Of a stretch of 64,000 nucleotides of DNA, positions 28,275-39,460 are shown piece after piece. Where the stretch lies: the NCBI RefSeq assembly GCF_009914755.1, contig NC_060935.1; one strand, 5' to 3'. A program made the position numbers and the translations under genes. The notes below the pieces were generated by a model. It ran no database searches, had not been told where the DNA came from, and worked only from the letters and a program-made list of their open reading frames with translations. This stretch comes from the human T2T-CHM13v2.0 reference genome, Homo sapiens. How positions within the stretch are numbered: the first letter of the stretch is position 1; each line of letters starts with the position of its first letter.

Positions 28275-28470
28275 TTTAAGTGTTTATGATAGATACCAAA
28301 TATTCTTCAAACAGCTTCCCATGCATTACATCATTCAGTCTTCAAACAGCCCTATGAAGCACGTATTATTAGGAATGACATTTTATAGATGAGGGAACTG
28401 TACAGAGAGGCTAAGTTACCTGCACCAGTTGGCACAGCAATTAAGTGACAGAGCTGGGATTTGAAATTTC
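28275..28470 (-). mobile_element. MIR SINE
   Basis: aacagccctatgaag...cattttatagatgagggaactg...aagtgacagagctgggatttgaa. Confidence 0.75.
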
Positions 28471-29684
28471 CTGTGGTCACTGCAGAGCCCTCTATGAGTG
28501 AGATAATTAAGCGGGGATATAGACTGACTGGATGTACCCCAAATTTTCTTCCAGTGCTATGATTCCTTCAACAAATATTCCCTATGTCTCCACACCACCT
28601 GAACTCCACTCCCCCTCCTGCCCCTTGGCAGGCACTGGAGTAGACTTGGAGGACACAGGGTTAACCTCATTTTTGGCTCTTGCCCTCATGGAGCTATAAT
28701 CTGTGGTTCTAAAAATGCCGTGATTCGTATTTATGGTTTTGGGGGGTTAGGGGTGTTCCACTCCAGCCAGGACAGAGCCCCCTTCTTTTTACCCAGTCAA
28801 ATGCTGATGGTTGTGATCCAAAGAGCCTACTATGACAAACTCCTCCCAACCTCTTTCTTGTATCCCTGAAGGAATTCCATCCCGACATGGCGGTCCTCTT
28901 CCCTTAATTAACTAGACACTTCCTAAATGATGACCTGAAGGCATCTCTTCCTGTTCATGGCCAGCTCAGAGTGGCAATGGCAATAATGTATCTAGATTAA
29001 TCACATGTGATATTTTAACATCTAAATTAAATGGCAAGCAAGCCCCGAATCCATTACCTTCTCTATCACTACTAAAATCAAGCTAATGGGACCAATTCAA
29101 TTTTTCTCTTACAGAGGGAGCTTCAGAGGGCACAAAAGCCAATAAAGAGCACAGTAACTCTGTCCTAGGGGAGAGGAGGAGGAGCTGGATAAACAGTCAA
29201 CATAGCCCAGAGGAGCCCAAACCAGCGCAGTTTAACAACAGCAAGGACCACGTCCACCCAGCACCCTGAGAGAGAGTCCCTTGGCACCCACTCATAGACA
29301 CATATAGCTCAGTAGACTCTTGTCATGAGCCAGTCTCACTGGGATTGATAGTGATTCCAAAATATATTTCATTTCATCAATTCCAGTTAAATTATTGCAT
29401 CTGAGGAAAAGAATTTGCCTCGGCTGATGTGCCGGTGTCAGCTCGAACCTGTTTCAAGGAGACCGTCGTGTTAGGGGGGGGTGCTGTCCTCACCAGCCTT
29501 CGCCCCTGCACACCCTCTGTGCTGCTGCCTCAGCTGAGTGGATACCAATGGCCCCGGAGGGATCCTGTGAACTCCGAGGATGGCGCCTGTGCCCCAGGCA
29601 TGGGATCCCTGTTTCACCCCAGCCGCACCCTGCACCGGCTCCTCACGGGCTTCTTTGGAGGCACACTACATCCTGGTACCATCT

Positions 29685-29800
29685 AAGCACATAAATCAGC
29701 TGTCAGCTGTACACCCAAATATCTCCATTCTTGTGATTTTGTCAGATCATCACCACTAATAGGATGTTGAAATTCATAAATGTGTCTATTCCAGTAATAG
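29685..29800. promoter_or_regulatory. Candidate MEIS/PBX-HOX enhancer element
   Basis: ATAAATCAgCTGTCA at 29691-29705 = TGACAG-c-TGATTTAT on the minus strand; motif-based inference. Confidence 0.4.
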
Positions 29801-30899
29801 GGCGGTGTGCTGCCATCTCCCAGTTTGAAAAGAGAGAGGTTTTTGCTGAGGACACGAATCCCACACGTCTCAAGAGGGCACCTGGCTGACTTGAATTGGG
29901 GAGGTGATTTCCTCCTGGGAGAGGCTGCTGAGCTCTTTAATACCGAAACTTTAAATATACCGGTGGCTGTGAAGCACAGCCAGCAACCTAAGAATTGCTC
30001 AGAAAATCACAGGATTTTAAATCAAGGAAAGAAAAAAAAAGGCCGTTCCATTCTCCCCCTCAGGCTGGATTCCCTGTTTCTTTGTCTGGAAATGCAGTGG
30101 CCCTCCAGGGTGAAGGGCATCTGCAGAGCAAAGCCAGACAGCAGCCAGGAGGCCACCTGCCTCCCCAGAGAGTGCCTTTTCATCGCCAGGAGCTGCAGTT
30201 ACAGTCTCCTAGGGGTCCCAGCAAAGAAGCATTCGACTTAATCGCTAAGATGCCCTGCGGTGCAAACGCTGGGCCCTGTGACCACATGCAAAAGGAAGTT
30301 GGGTCAGGCTTTGGCCCAGAGCGCGACATGACCAGTGTCCATTTCCTGAGCAGCAGTGGAGTGCCCCGACCAAGTCTGGGAACCTGGGGACTCTGCCCTG
30401 AGAGCTGGGGCTGGGTTGATCCAACTTCTTAGGTGAGGTTTTCATCTTTATTGGGAGACCTTTGTCCTTGGGATGGGAGATGTCCCATTCATTAATTATT
30501 GTGCTGGCTCTGAATAATTGCGGCCAGAGACTGCTATGCTGGGCAATTTCCAGTTCTACCGTGGCTGCTGCCGTGACACTGTATACGTCTTTCACTGGTA
30601 CCGCACTGCATTTTACAAGACATGGTCCCTTCACCCGCTCAGCTGTTCCCCATAATAACATGAGGAGGTGAGCATAGCAGGTGTTCACACCCCGGTTTTA
30701 CAGACAGAAACAGTTGGAAACCTGGAGGCCGAGGTTCATAAAGGTTAAATGTGGTGAAGGTCACACAGCATACATAAACACTTAACAAAACAGGACTAGA
30801 TTCCTAGTTTTCTGCTTCTAATTCCAGTTCTTTCCGCTATAGCTCATGGAAACAGAATCTCAGAGAGAGTTTTCAAACTCATCCACAGTCCCTTCAGCA

Positions 30900-31180
30900 C
30901 CTTCGCGGGCCAGCCACAAGCCGAGGTGCCCGCTGGTGCTCAACAGCGCCAAAGCGTGTGGCCCCTCCCAGGACGCTGCGCCCTGCCGGGCCTCCCCGTC
31001 CTAGAGCTCTGCTTCTTGCCACCTGCCCCCGCTTGGGCTGCCCCTCCTACTGCTCTCGCTGCCAGGCAGCTTGGGGCCTCCCACGAATTTATGGAAGGAG
31101 ATTGGCTCCTGCAGAGCCCCTCAGCACGGGCCCAGGAGGCTTCGCATGAAAAATGATTGCACCGCACACGCGGAGGCTGT
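30900..31180. promoter_or_regulatory. Small GC/CpG-enriched patch in unique sequence (possible orphan CpG island or enhancer)
   Basis: Visibly higher CpG retention (ttcgcggg, gccgagg, cagcgcc, gacgctgcgcc, ccgcacacgcgg) than the flanks; not an Alu. Confidence 0.45.
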
Positions 31181-31665
31181 TTAAACCTGTCACTTTAAAA
31201 TATCCCTTCTCCTCTGCCCAAGCTGGGCCAAGAGGAGCAGGTCCAGGAAAAGGAAATCAGTTTAAAGTGACAGCCCTTAATTTCTGAAGCCAAACCTCAG
31301 CATTTGTGGCAGACTTTTTATGTGCTGAGGTCTCAATTTAAAACCAAAGTGTCCCAGTGGCACCGCGTAATTCTCGGTAAGTTTCTGCACCTTGTGCTCA
31401 GGCCTTCTTATCAGAAAAAATCCAAAACTAGGAAGAGGCTTCATATTCATCTTGGAGCAGGCCCAGCACAGAAGCAGGCCAGGGCATGAAAGGGACAGCA
31501 AAGGCCCCCCGGAGAGCCAGCTGGGCCTGTTTAATTGCTTTTCTTTTGTTAAAAGCTGCTGTTACCAGGTTGCCCGGGGCAAGGACAGGATGCTCAGCAT
31601 TCAGTTAAAATACATTTCATGATTGGAGGGCAGCTCTGAACCAAAGCCTGGTTATTTCTTAAATA

Positions 31666-32160
31666 CGGTAGTCCCCCGCTTTAACCGTGGTTTGGCATGG
31701 TCTGAAAATATTATTTGGAAAATCCTGACCAGATCAATTGTCTTGGTATTGCAGTGTTTGTGTTCAAATAACTCTTATTTGACTTCGTAATGGCTCAAAA
31801 CCTGTCAGTTTGAATATGTCAAAGAGAAGCTGTAAAGTACTTCCTTTAAGGGAAAAGGATTTTCCTTTTCCTGCTAAGATTTTTACCCAGAAGCAGAAAA
31901 ATGAACAATTTAAAGGATTAAAAAAGAAAAGGGCTCCCAATGCATCCCACCATGCATTTTCCCTCACCGTTCTCAAATTAATAGGAAGACAAAAAAAATT
32001 GTATGCTGAGGTTACCAAGATCTACAGTAACAACAAATCTGTGAAACTGTAAAGAAAAAAAAGATGTACATAGTATATGCAGGATTTGGTACCGTTGGCA
32101 GCTTCAGGCATCCTCTGGGGGGCTTGGAGTATATTCCCTGAGGGTAAGGGGGAACTGCTG
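31666..32160 (+). mobile_element. MER44 (Tigger7-derived MITE) interrupted by a templated insertion
   Basis: TA|cggtagtcccc left TIR, caaagagaagctgtaaagtacttcctttaag, gtatgctgaggtt, ttcaggcatcc...taagggggaactgctg right TIR. Confidence 0.88.
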
Positions 32161-32511
32161 GACAAGTTTTCAGCATCCCACAAGACCGCACTTTGTTTTC
32201 ACTTCTTCCAGGAAGTCTTCCCAGACCTGTCCAAAGCCTTTACTGTGCGCAGTTAGTGCGTATTTCCCTTTCAGTTTTATTGTGTGTGTGTGGATGTACA
32301 TGTGGCGTGAATACATCATTTGTTGTCTAATAAGCTCTACTGTATGCACGTATTCTCACTTACGTGCCCAAGGCAATAGCTTGACTCTATTAGATATTTC
32401 ATAAAAATGCCCTACTTAGATTTTTATCCAGAAGCAGAAAAATGATCAATTTAAAGGATTAAAAAAGAAAAAGCTTCCCAATGCGTCCCACCATGCATTT
32501 CTACTCACCGT
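31870..32511 (+). repeat. Dispersed 101-bp direct duplication (31870-31970 and 32411-32511)
   Basis: Ungapped manual alignment with about 11 mismatches. Confidence 0.95.
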
Positions 32512-33674
32512 GGTCTTAGAGTTTAGTTCCAAGGACACAGTTAGCTGCTTGGTGATACTTGTTGAATGAATGAAGAACTGAATACATTTTCGCATTTGTG
32601 TGGAAACACCACTCGCCAAATTCAGTGGAAAGGGGAACACTCATCTTGGCTCATGGTGTCATGAAGCGTGGTGATGCTGGTGGGGCTCATGGGCAGAGGT
32701 ACAAATGCTAAGTGACAGCCTTTCATAAGCCCTAGATTGTGGCAAAGGCATTCACCCTCCCACTCCTATGGTCAAGGCGAGGTGCTGGACAGCCAGCTGC
32801 TGTCACTCGTTTCTATTTCTGCCTCCCCTTTCTCAACTTTCCTGTAGACCCAGAAGGGATGCTGACCTAAGGAACAAAAGCACAGGCCTTGAACCCTAAC
32901 TGAAACAAGAGGTTTTCTCTCTAGTCCCCCACCACACCCAAACTTTCTTAGTTTATGAAGTTATTACTTTTAACAAGACCTTATCTGGCACTTCGCATTC
33001 CTAGAATGTTTGGTGGCCATAACTCAGTTAATCAGTCGCACGCAATAAAAGGCATCATAAAAGTAGATGGCATGCAGACAGTGGAGCAGCCTCAGCCTGG
33101 CCACCCCATCACAGCACCTCAGGGCCAGCTGGAGCCCATTTCACTGAGGACAGGCCCATTTTCCTGAGCTGTCTACTTTCGCAAAGTGCCGCATTTCCAT
33201 GTTGCAGGACTCTGCTCCAGGGCTCTGCAGATCTGGCACTAGTATCCCCACTGTTTCTGAAATGTGGACAATCTGAGTGAAGAAAAGGGAGAAGAAAAGG
33301 GAAGGCAAATACTTCTGGGAGCCTGTGATTCAGACACCGGATCTGCCACCTCTCATAACCAGGGAGGGTGTGCAGGGCGCTTTCCACACATTTGCAAACA
33401 GATTTAATAATAAGGGGCTGTCTGCCTCAATGTGTCAAATTCCCCGCTAGCAGCACAAGAGAATATCAAGGAAGGAGGCAGAATGAGAAGCAATGCAAGG
33501 TCATGAGCTCTCCCTTTGTCTGTTCTAACATACGATATGATTTTCCTTCAAATGGAGATTTCATTGAAGCATAATCAGCCACCTAAGGAGTAGCTGCGGA
33601 TGAAACATTTGAGGATAAAAAATTAAGCTCCAGCTTGGATACAGCAAGTGACTCTCCTCTTCTACCGCTTGATG

Positions 33675-33885
33675 AGTAACAGGCAGTGTAGCAGCATGGG
33701 GAAAAGAATGGCCCCTGTACCCCAAAACCCAAGATCAAATCCCTTCACATGTCATAACTGCTTAACCTTACTGACTTTCAATTCAAAAAGAGGGGGTGAG
33801 AGTTGGCAGCACAGGGCAGTCTGCACCCCACGGTGTTTTAAGATTCCTAGGTGAAGATGTCACGTCTTGTTGGAAAAACATTTCA
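33675..33885 (+). mobile_element. MamSINE1-like ancient SINE fragment
   Basis: gcacagggcagtctgcacccca...gtgaagatg...gaaaaacatttca resembles MamSINE1 as recalled. Confidence 0.35.
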
Positions 33886-34029
33886 TTGTAATTTTAGGGC
33901 AGAGCTCTCCTGAGATCCCAAGTTGAAAATGGCATCATCTCCCATCTGTTTTTGGCACCTCTCACAGCACCTAGCTCAGTGTTAAGCACAGCAGATACCT
34001 CCCAGCAACATGTTGATGAACACAAGCAG

Positions 34030-34230
34030 TAATTGAGACCTTAGGCTCTGAAGTCAGACTTGCAGCTCTTCACCAGCTCTGTGACCTTGGGCAGTATGCA
34101 TAACCTCCTGAGATGTGGTTTCCTTCATGGGGTGATAACTATACCTACATTACACATGGATTAAATGAGACCACACATGTAAAGAACATGCAACCAGTAA
34201 GCCCTCCATGAAGATGAGCTCTTATTGTCA
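34030..34230 (+). mobile_element. MIR SINE
   Basis: ggctctgaagtcagac...gtgaccttgggcag...ggattaaatgaga. Confidence 0.75.
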
Positions 34231-34303
34231 AAGGAGAAGGGGCAAGGAAAGTAAGGAGAGGGGAGGGAGAAGCAGGCAGGGAGTGGGGAAGTCAGTAGAT
34301 TAA

Positions 34304-34392
34304 AATGGACACATGATGTAAAAGGCTTAGGATCCTACAAGGAAGGGCAATGGACACATGATGTAAAAGGCTTAGGATCCTACAAGGAAGGG
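34304..34392. repeat. Perfect 44-bp tandem duplication (period 45)
   Basis: aatggacacatgatgtaaaaggcttaggatcctacaaggaaggg twice, separated by one C. Confidence 0.97.
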
Positions 34393-34669
34393 ACTCCCCA
34401 GCCTCCTCAGGAAGGACGAGGGAGAGGAAGAGAGATGAAACAAATTCACTGAAGGCTGCTGGATTTACTCAGAACTCTGAACTTTTAGTTGCCTTGAACC
34501 TCACCATATGCCCCCATAGCAGAAGGCATGACCCAGACAGACCAAAGGCTTTGTGAACCCAGCCCCAGTGGCTCCCCAGATGTCCTTCAGCAAGAGTGAA
34601 TTTCTAGTGTGGGCAGCTCCGTACTTGGTTCTCAAGGAAAAAAGATAAAAACTACTCTTTGATGAGAAA

Positions 34670-34890
34670 CCATACGGTGTGGTAGAGAAAGCGCAGAGTT
34701 TAGACTGAGGTCTAGTTTTAAATTCCTGAATTACTCTGAGTTTCTCAAAGAGGTAATAAAATCTCCCAGTTTCTGTTCCTTCATCAGAGGTAGAACTATG
34801 TCATAGCTTTATTGTGAGGCATAAGTGACATGAAAGAACATGGAAACAATGTGCAAAGTGTGATGCATTATAAAGTCATGACAGTTATTA
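34670..34890 (+). mobile_element. MIR SINE
   Basis: ggtgtggtagagaaagc...cagtttctgttccttcatc...ttgtgaggcataagtgaca. Confidence 0.6.
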
Positions 34891-35647
34891 GGACTTGGAG
34901 TAAAGTGAAGAGAATGTAAGGTTATAAAAGAAGAGATTCCAGGTGTGAATCTCATGTGAAATTAAAAGAAAAAAAAAACCACCTCACTCTTCACTTTATC
35001 CTGTTATGTGACACAGCACATGCACACACACATGCACACCCACACAGGCTGGTGGTGAGAAGACATTGTGACATTGCTTTGATGGATTTACTTATTTACT
35101 TATTAGATTATTTTGAGCATCACAACTTCATAAATGTTTCAAATAGGAGAGAAAAAGTGGGGGAAAGAGGAGGGGAAAAGCGACCCTCACCAAACAGGTC
35201 GGACTGCCACCAAGTGAATAAAATTACCTTCTAATCAAATGCATCATTAAAAGTACAGACATTAGATCCCAGTGCTGACAGCTTTATGAGCAAAGCATTT
35301 GCAGTTAATTAGAATATACTGCCTTTGTAGTTGGGATGGCATCAGGGGTGCTGTTTGACTCCAGCTAAATAACACCTGCTTCCACTGTCATGGAACTGGG
35401 TACCTGGACTTTTTTGGGGGGTGGGTCTTCCTCCAGCTTGGTTTTGCAGACATCAGTGGGCAATACTTAACCTGCAAATGCTATCCTGGACATGTAGCAG
35501 CTAAGCTTATTCCTAAAAGATCAACAGCAACCTTTGTGAAAATATATCCAGAGAAACTGAGGACCAAAAGAGGGGCCGAGTTTCCAGACTGGGGAGAAGA
35601 TGCAACTGCACCTCCCAGCTGCTATACCACCCTTTGTAGGAAGGATG

Positions 35648-36258
35648 TTCAGAGGATCAGAACGTGCCATCCCCAAATATGCCACTTTGGCCTATTGATT
35701 ATTTTGAGCTGAAGGAAACTGGGAAACATCAGATGTGGGAAGGATTCTCTGCCATCCCCCTTTCTGTCTACGAGCAGGGCATAAGAGAAAGGTGCCCTCC
35801 CTGTACCAGGAAGAGGAGAATGCTCCTGTTACTGGGGATGGAGAGTCAATGCCATGGTAAATTAGTACAAACAACCCAACTAAAACACCCTTAGTGCCCA
35901 TTAGTTTCTCCATATAATTTTGAAACAACCCAACTAAAACACCCCTTAGTGCTCATTAGTTTATCCATATAGTTTTGAGTCAACCCCACTTTACTACTCC
36001 TTGTTCAAATCCCTTTATCCTTTGTCTTGTCACATCTCCACATTTTATGGCTCCTTGTTAAAATGGTATATAAGTCTCAAGTCTAGCCACTTCATTAGGG
36101 TTTTCACTTCTTCCTATGAAGCCCCTGCCCGTAAAAATGTCTAACCTCCAATAAAATTTGCATGCTTTTCTCCTGTTAATCTGTCTTTTGTCAGCATCAT
36201 CCATAGGCCTTAGCCACAGAATCTCAGAAAGTAGAGGAAAGGTCTTTCCTTCTCCACA
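35648..36258 (+). mobile_element. MER34-family (ERV1) solo LTR
   Basis: cagaacgtgccatccccaaatatgccactttggc...gattattttgagctgaagg; AATAAA and tgcttttctcctgttaatctgtc; ends CA; 4-bp TSD gatg (35644-35647 / 36259-36262). Confidence 0.8.
35869..35977. repeat. 54/55-bp tandem duplication inside the LTR
   Basis: aaacaacccaactaaaacaccc(c)ttagtgc.cattagttt.tccatata.ttttg twice. Confidence 0.95.
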
Positions 36259-38315
36259 GATGAGAACTAGAAGGTCCATGGAGCATCCCCCACCCCCTGC
36301 CCAGACCAATTGACCAGCTCCCCACTGACAAGCTCCAGAGTAACACCAGGCAGCCAATCTCTAACTTGCTCACTGTTCCAGCTATGTTAGATAATGTAAC
36401 AATTGCAGAGCCAAACAGCTATCTGCATTAACCAGGAGATTGGAGAAGTCATAAAATAGATGTTCCCTTATCAACAAGACAATGGGAGTATTGTTATAAA
36501 GAGAGGGATTAGAATAGAATTGTTGACTTTTTGTCCATATTGATGGAAACTTATAATTGCTTCCCAAATCCTACTCTTCCAGATCCATTTTTAAAATTTT
36601 GTTTTGTTTTCTAAAAAAAAAAGAAACAAAAAGCAAAACCAAACAACAACAACAACAAAAAAAAAACACAGTTTTTACTTCTTTCCATGAATAACCAAAC
36701 CTCTGGTCTCTGGAAATGGCCCTAAAACCTTTTTGGAGGATTACTTAGAGGCTTCTTCTCTCTCTAGGCAGGACCACAGCAGTCAGTACAAACTTGGCCT
36801 TTTTAAACCTAACCACCATTCTAATGATTCATTACAAACATGGAAAGGGAAGCAGGTCATCCAGTGGAAAGCAAGGAAAGGCGAATGGCCAGGGTCTTGC
36901 AGAGGACTTTTCTTGGAAAGGCCTAGACTGGGCACAGGCCTCCTGATGGCGCAGCTCAGCACTGTGTGTGGCCGTGACTACTCCTCTTGTATTGGCCTCA
37001 GAGAATGGCCAGAGCAGCTAGTCATCTCCCTCCTCATACATCATTCTATACATTTGCAGATAGTTATTGAATCACTCCTCAGCCTTCTTCTCCAAGTTAA
37101 ACCATGCTAGTTCTCTAGCCTTTCTTCAGTGGTTTCATTCTCCTAACTCCATAATCACCTGCGGATCTCTCCAAGCCATTTTGAAATATCTGATTTGAAA
37201 AGGGAGATGATGTTATCTTAAAAGAGGCAAAGAAGCATTCAATCATTGATAGAAAAGCTCAGGAGTAATGATCAAAGTCCAGGCTCGTCTCTGGCCAAGC
37301 CTATTTCCATGGTGCGGATGGTCTGTTGGCATTTCAGAGGTACCACACAAGGAAGATGGTGTGTTCCTCCCTAATGCCGTATTAACTGCGGCTGCAGACA
37401 TTTGTAGAGGTTGCTGGGTAATTGAATGACCGACAGCAGTATCGGAGCTGTGCACCGAGATAAGGGTAATCAAATTTCATGCTTCAGGGGCTCCGCGGCT
37501 TTAGCTGGCCACCTCAGGGGTCACAGAGAATTCCTTTCCCCACCCAACCACACTATCTTTTCCTACAAATAGTTCTGCACAATTGGTCAGTTGCATTTTG
37601 TGCTTTTGTGTTTTCCTCTGAAGAGTCCCCCAAAGGCAATTCCTGGAGGCAAGTAACCCTCAGTAAGAGACCAACGTGGGCCAGTTAGTCAGATACCCCA
37701 GAGCTCTCAGGAAAATGAATCCTTACTGTTTTTCATCCCTCTCTCCTAAGAGGCAGTTGATTATTTATGTAACTCTAGTACCAGATATTTACATGGGGAC
37801 CATGGAATGAGAACAAAGGCAGGGAAATAAAATACAAGAAAGGGAAAAGAGGAGAAGGGAAGGGAAGAAAAAAGCAACTAGAAAGGAATCAAACATATTC
37901 AACTCAAACAACAGCAAAACGAGGAATGCTTGTGTCAGCACCAGCACCCAAGCTGCTTTACAAGACATGGCAGAAGTCAGAACACATTGCATGCAGCTGC
38001 TGCCTGTAAGAGCTGCAAGAGGTAAAGCTGTTAGGAAACTGAACGCTGGCTCAACAGACCCCAAAAAATTACTCCTTGAGGTCCTAAACCACCCGTTAGG
38101 GACCCCAGAAGAGCTTCCTACTGCAGGGATACCTGGATTTTCTGGTCAAGGTCATTCACAGCCATTAACTCAGAGCTACAACAAATGGGTGGGGAGTCAG
38201 GTATCAGATCTGGATTCAGTTACCAGCTCAGACAAGAAGTTGACTGCTCTTTGCCTCAACTGTGAAATGGGAGGGTTGGACAAGATTTGCATGAAAGCAC
38301 CTTCTGATTCGAATA

Positions 38316-38855
38316 CAATACCTTCCCTGTTATCAGCAGGGGATAGTTCCAAGACTCCCAGCGGATGCTTAAAACTGAGAATGGTAGTAAAACGTTATAT
38401 ATACTATGTTTTCTCCTATACATACATCCCTGTGATAACGTTTAATTTTTGGATTCGGCACAGTAAAAGTTTAACAACAACTAATATTAAAATAGAACAA
38501 TGATGACCATATGACAGCATCACTACTTTTGCAATTTGGGGCCATTATTAAGAAAATAAGGGTGGCTTGAACACATGCACTGCGATAATCCCCACAGTCG
38601 ATCTGGTAACCAAGGCAGCTGCTAATTGACACCAGGCAGGCAGCATAGACAGTGTGGAGATGCTGGACAAAGGGATGATTCATGTCTGGGGTTAGATGGC
38701 ACAGGACGGCACGAGGTCTCATCATGCTACGTAGAATCGCACAAAATTTTAAACTTATAAATTGTTTATTTCTGGAATTTTTATTTAATCTTTCAGGCCA
38801 CAATTGACCATGAGTATCCCAAGTCACAGAAGCCATGGAGAAGGGCCAACGACTG
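38316..38855 (-). mobile_element. MER44B-like (Tigger7-derived MITE)
   Basis: Reverse complement of MER44: tatatactatgtttt, cagcatcactact, ggacaaagggatgattca, aaacttataaattgtttatttctggaattt. Confidence 0.88.
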
Positions 38856-38871
38856 CAGTTAGTATTGTGGG

Positions 38872-39460
38872 TGTAAAAAGTAAAGTAGAGGTTCCTTTTC
38901 AAAGACTTGTCTCCCCGTCTAATTAGGAATAAATAGTAACTTCTCTTAGAAGCAAAATTTATTCAAAGACCTGTGCTAACATTCTTAAATACCTGCTAGC
39001 CGTAATAAAGAAATCAATGTATGTTATGTTCTTAGCTCCCACAATTTAGCCTAAATATTTGCCCTGGCATGCTTATAATGGTCCAAGCAAGCATTAGGTC
39101 ATAGCCTGTTCCTCTTCCTTATTTAAAAGTGTTTTTACCTTTCTCAGCATTCTACAAGTTACTTCCTCCTTCCTTTGTTCTCCTCTACTTTTGCCTCTTT
39201 TGAAAAGTTCTAAGTTGCTAGCCAGTCAGGACAAATACAGAATGTGAGGTCCCATTCCAGCTAGTGGAAACCGGACATAGCAGTAGGGAGGATGCGTCAG
39301 GTTATAAATGACCCTGTCTCCTTTGTTCAATGTACTCTCGTGGCAAAACTGCTGGTGAGTGTACCCTTCCTGCAGGAAGTAAAAATGGCCTTACTAAATA
39401 AATTAAATTTATGTTCAAGTGCTGTTTCTTTACAGCACCGAGGAACAAACATTTCAAACA
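38872..39460 (+). mobile_element. LTR10C (HERV-I family) solo LTR
   Basis: TGTAAAAAGTAAAGTAGAGG...TTTCAAACA termini, TATAAA, AATAAA; 4-bp TSD tggg (38868-38871 / 39461-39464). Confidence 0.9.

Noticed and set aside
29000-29011. 12-bp palindrome ATCACATGTGAT
   Set aside because: Several 12-bp palindromes are expected by chance in 64 kb
34304-35977. Direct repeats as a CRISPR-like or repeat-spacer array
   Set aside because: Only two copies each, no spacer series, eukaryotic context; simple duplications
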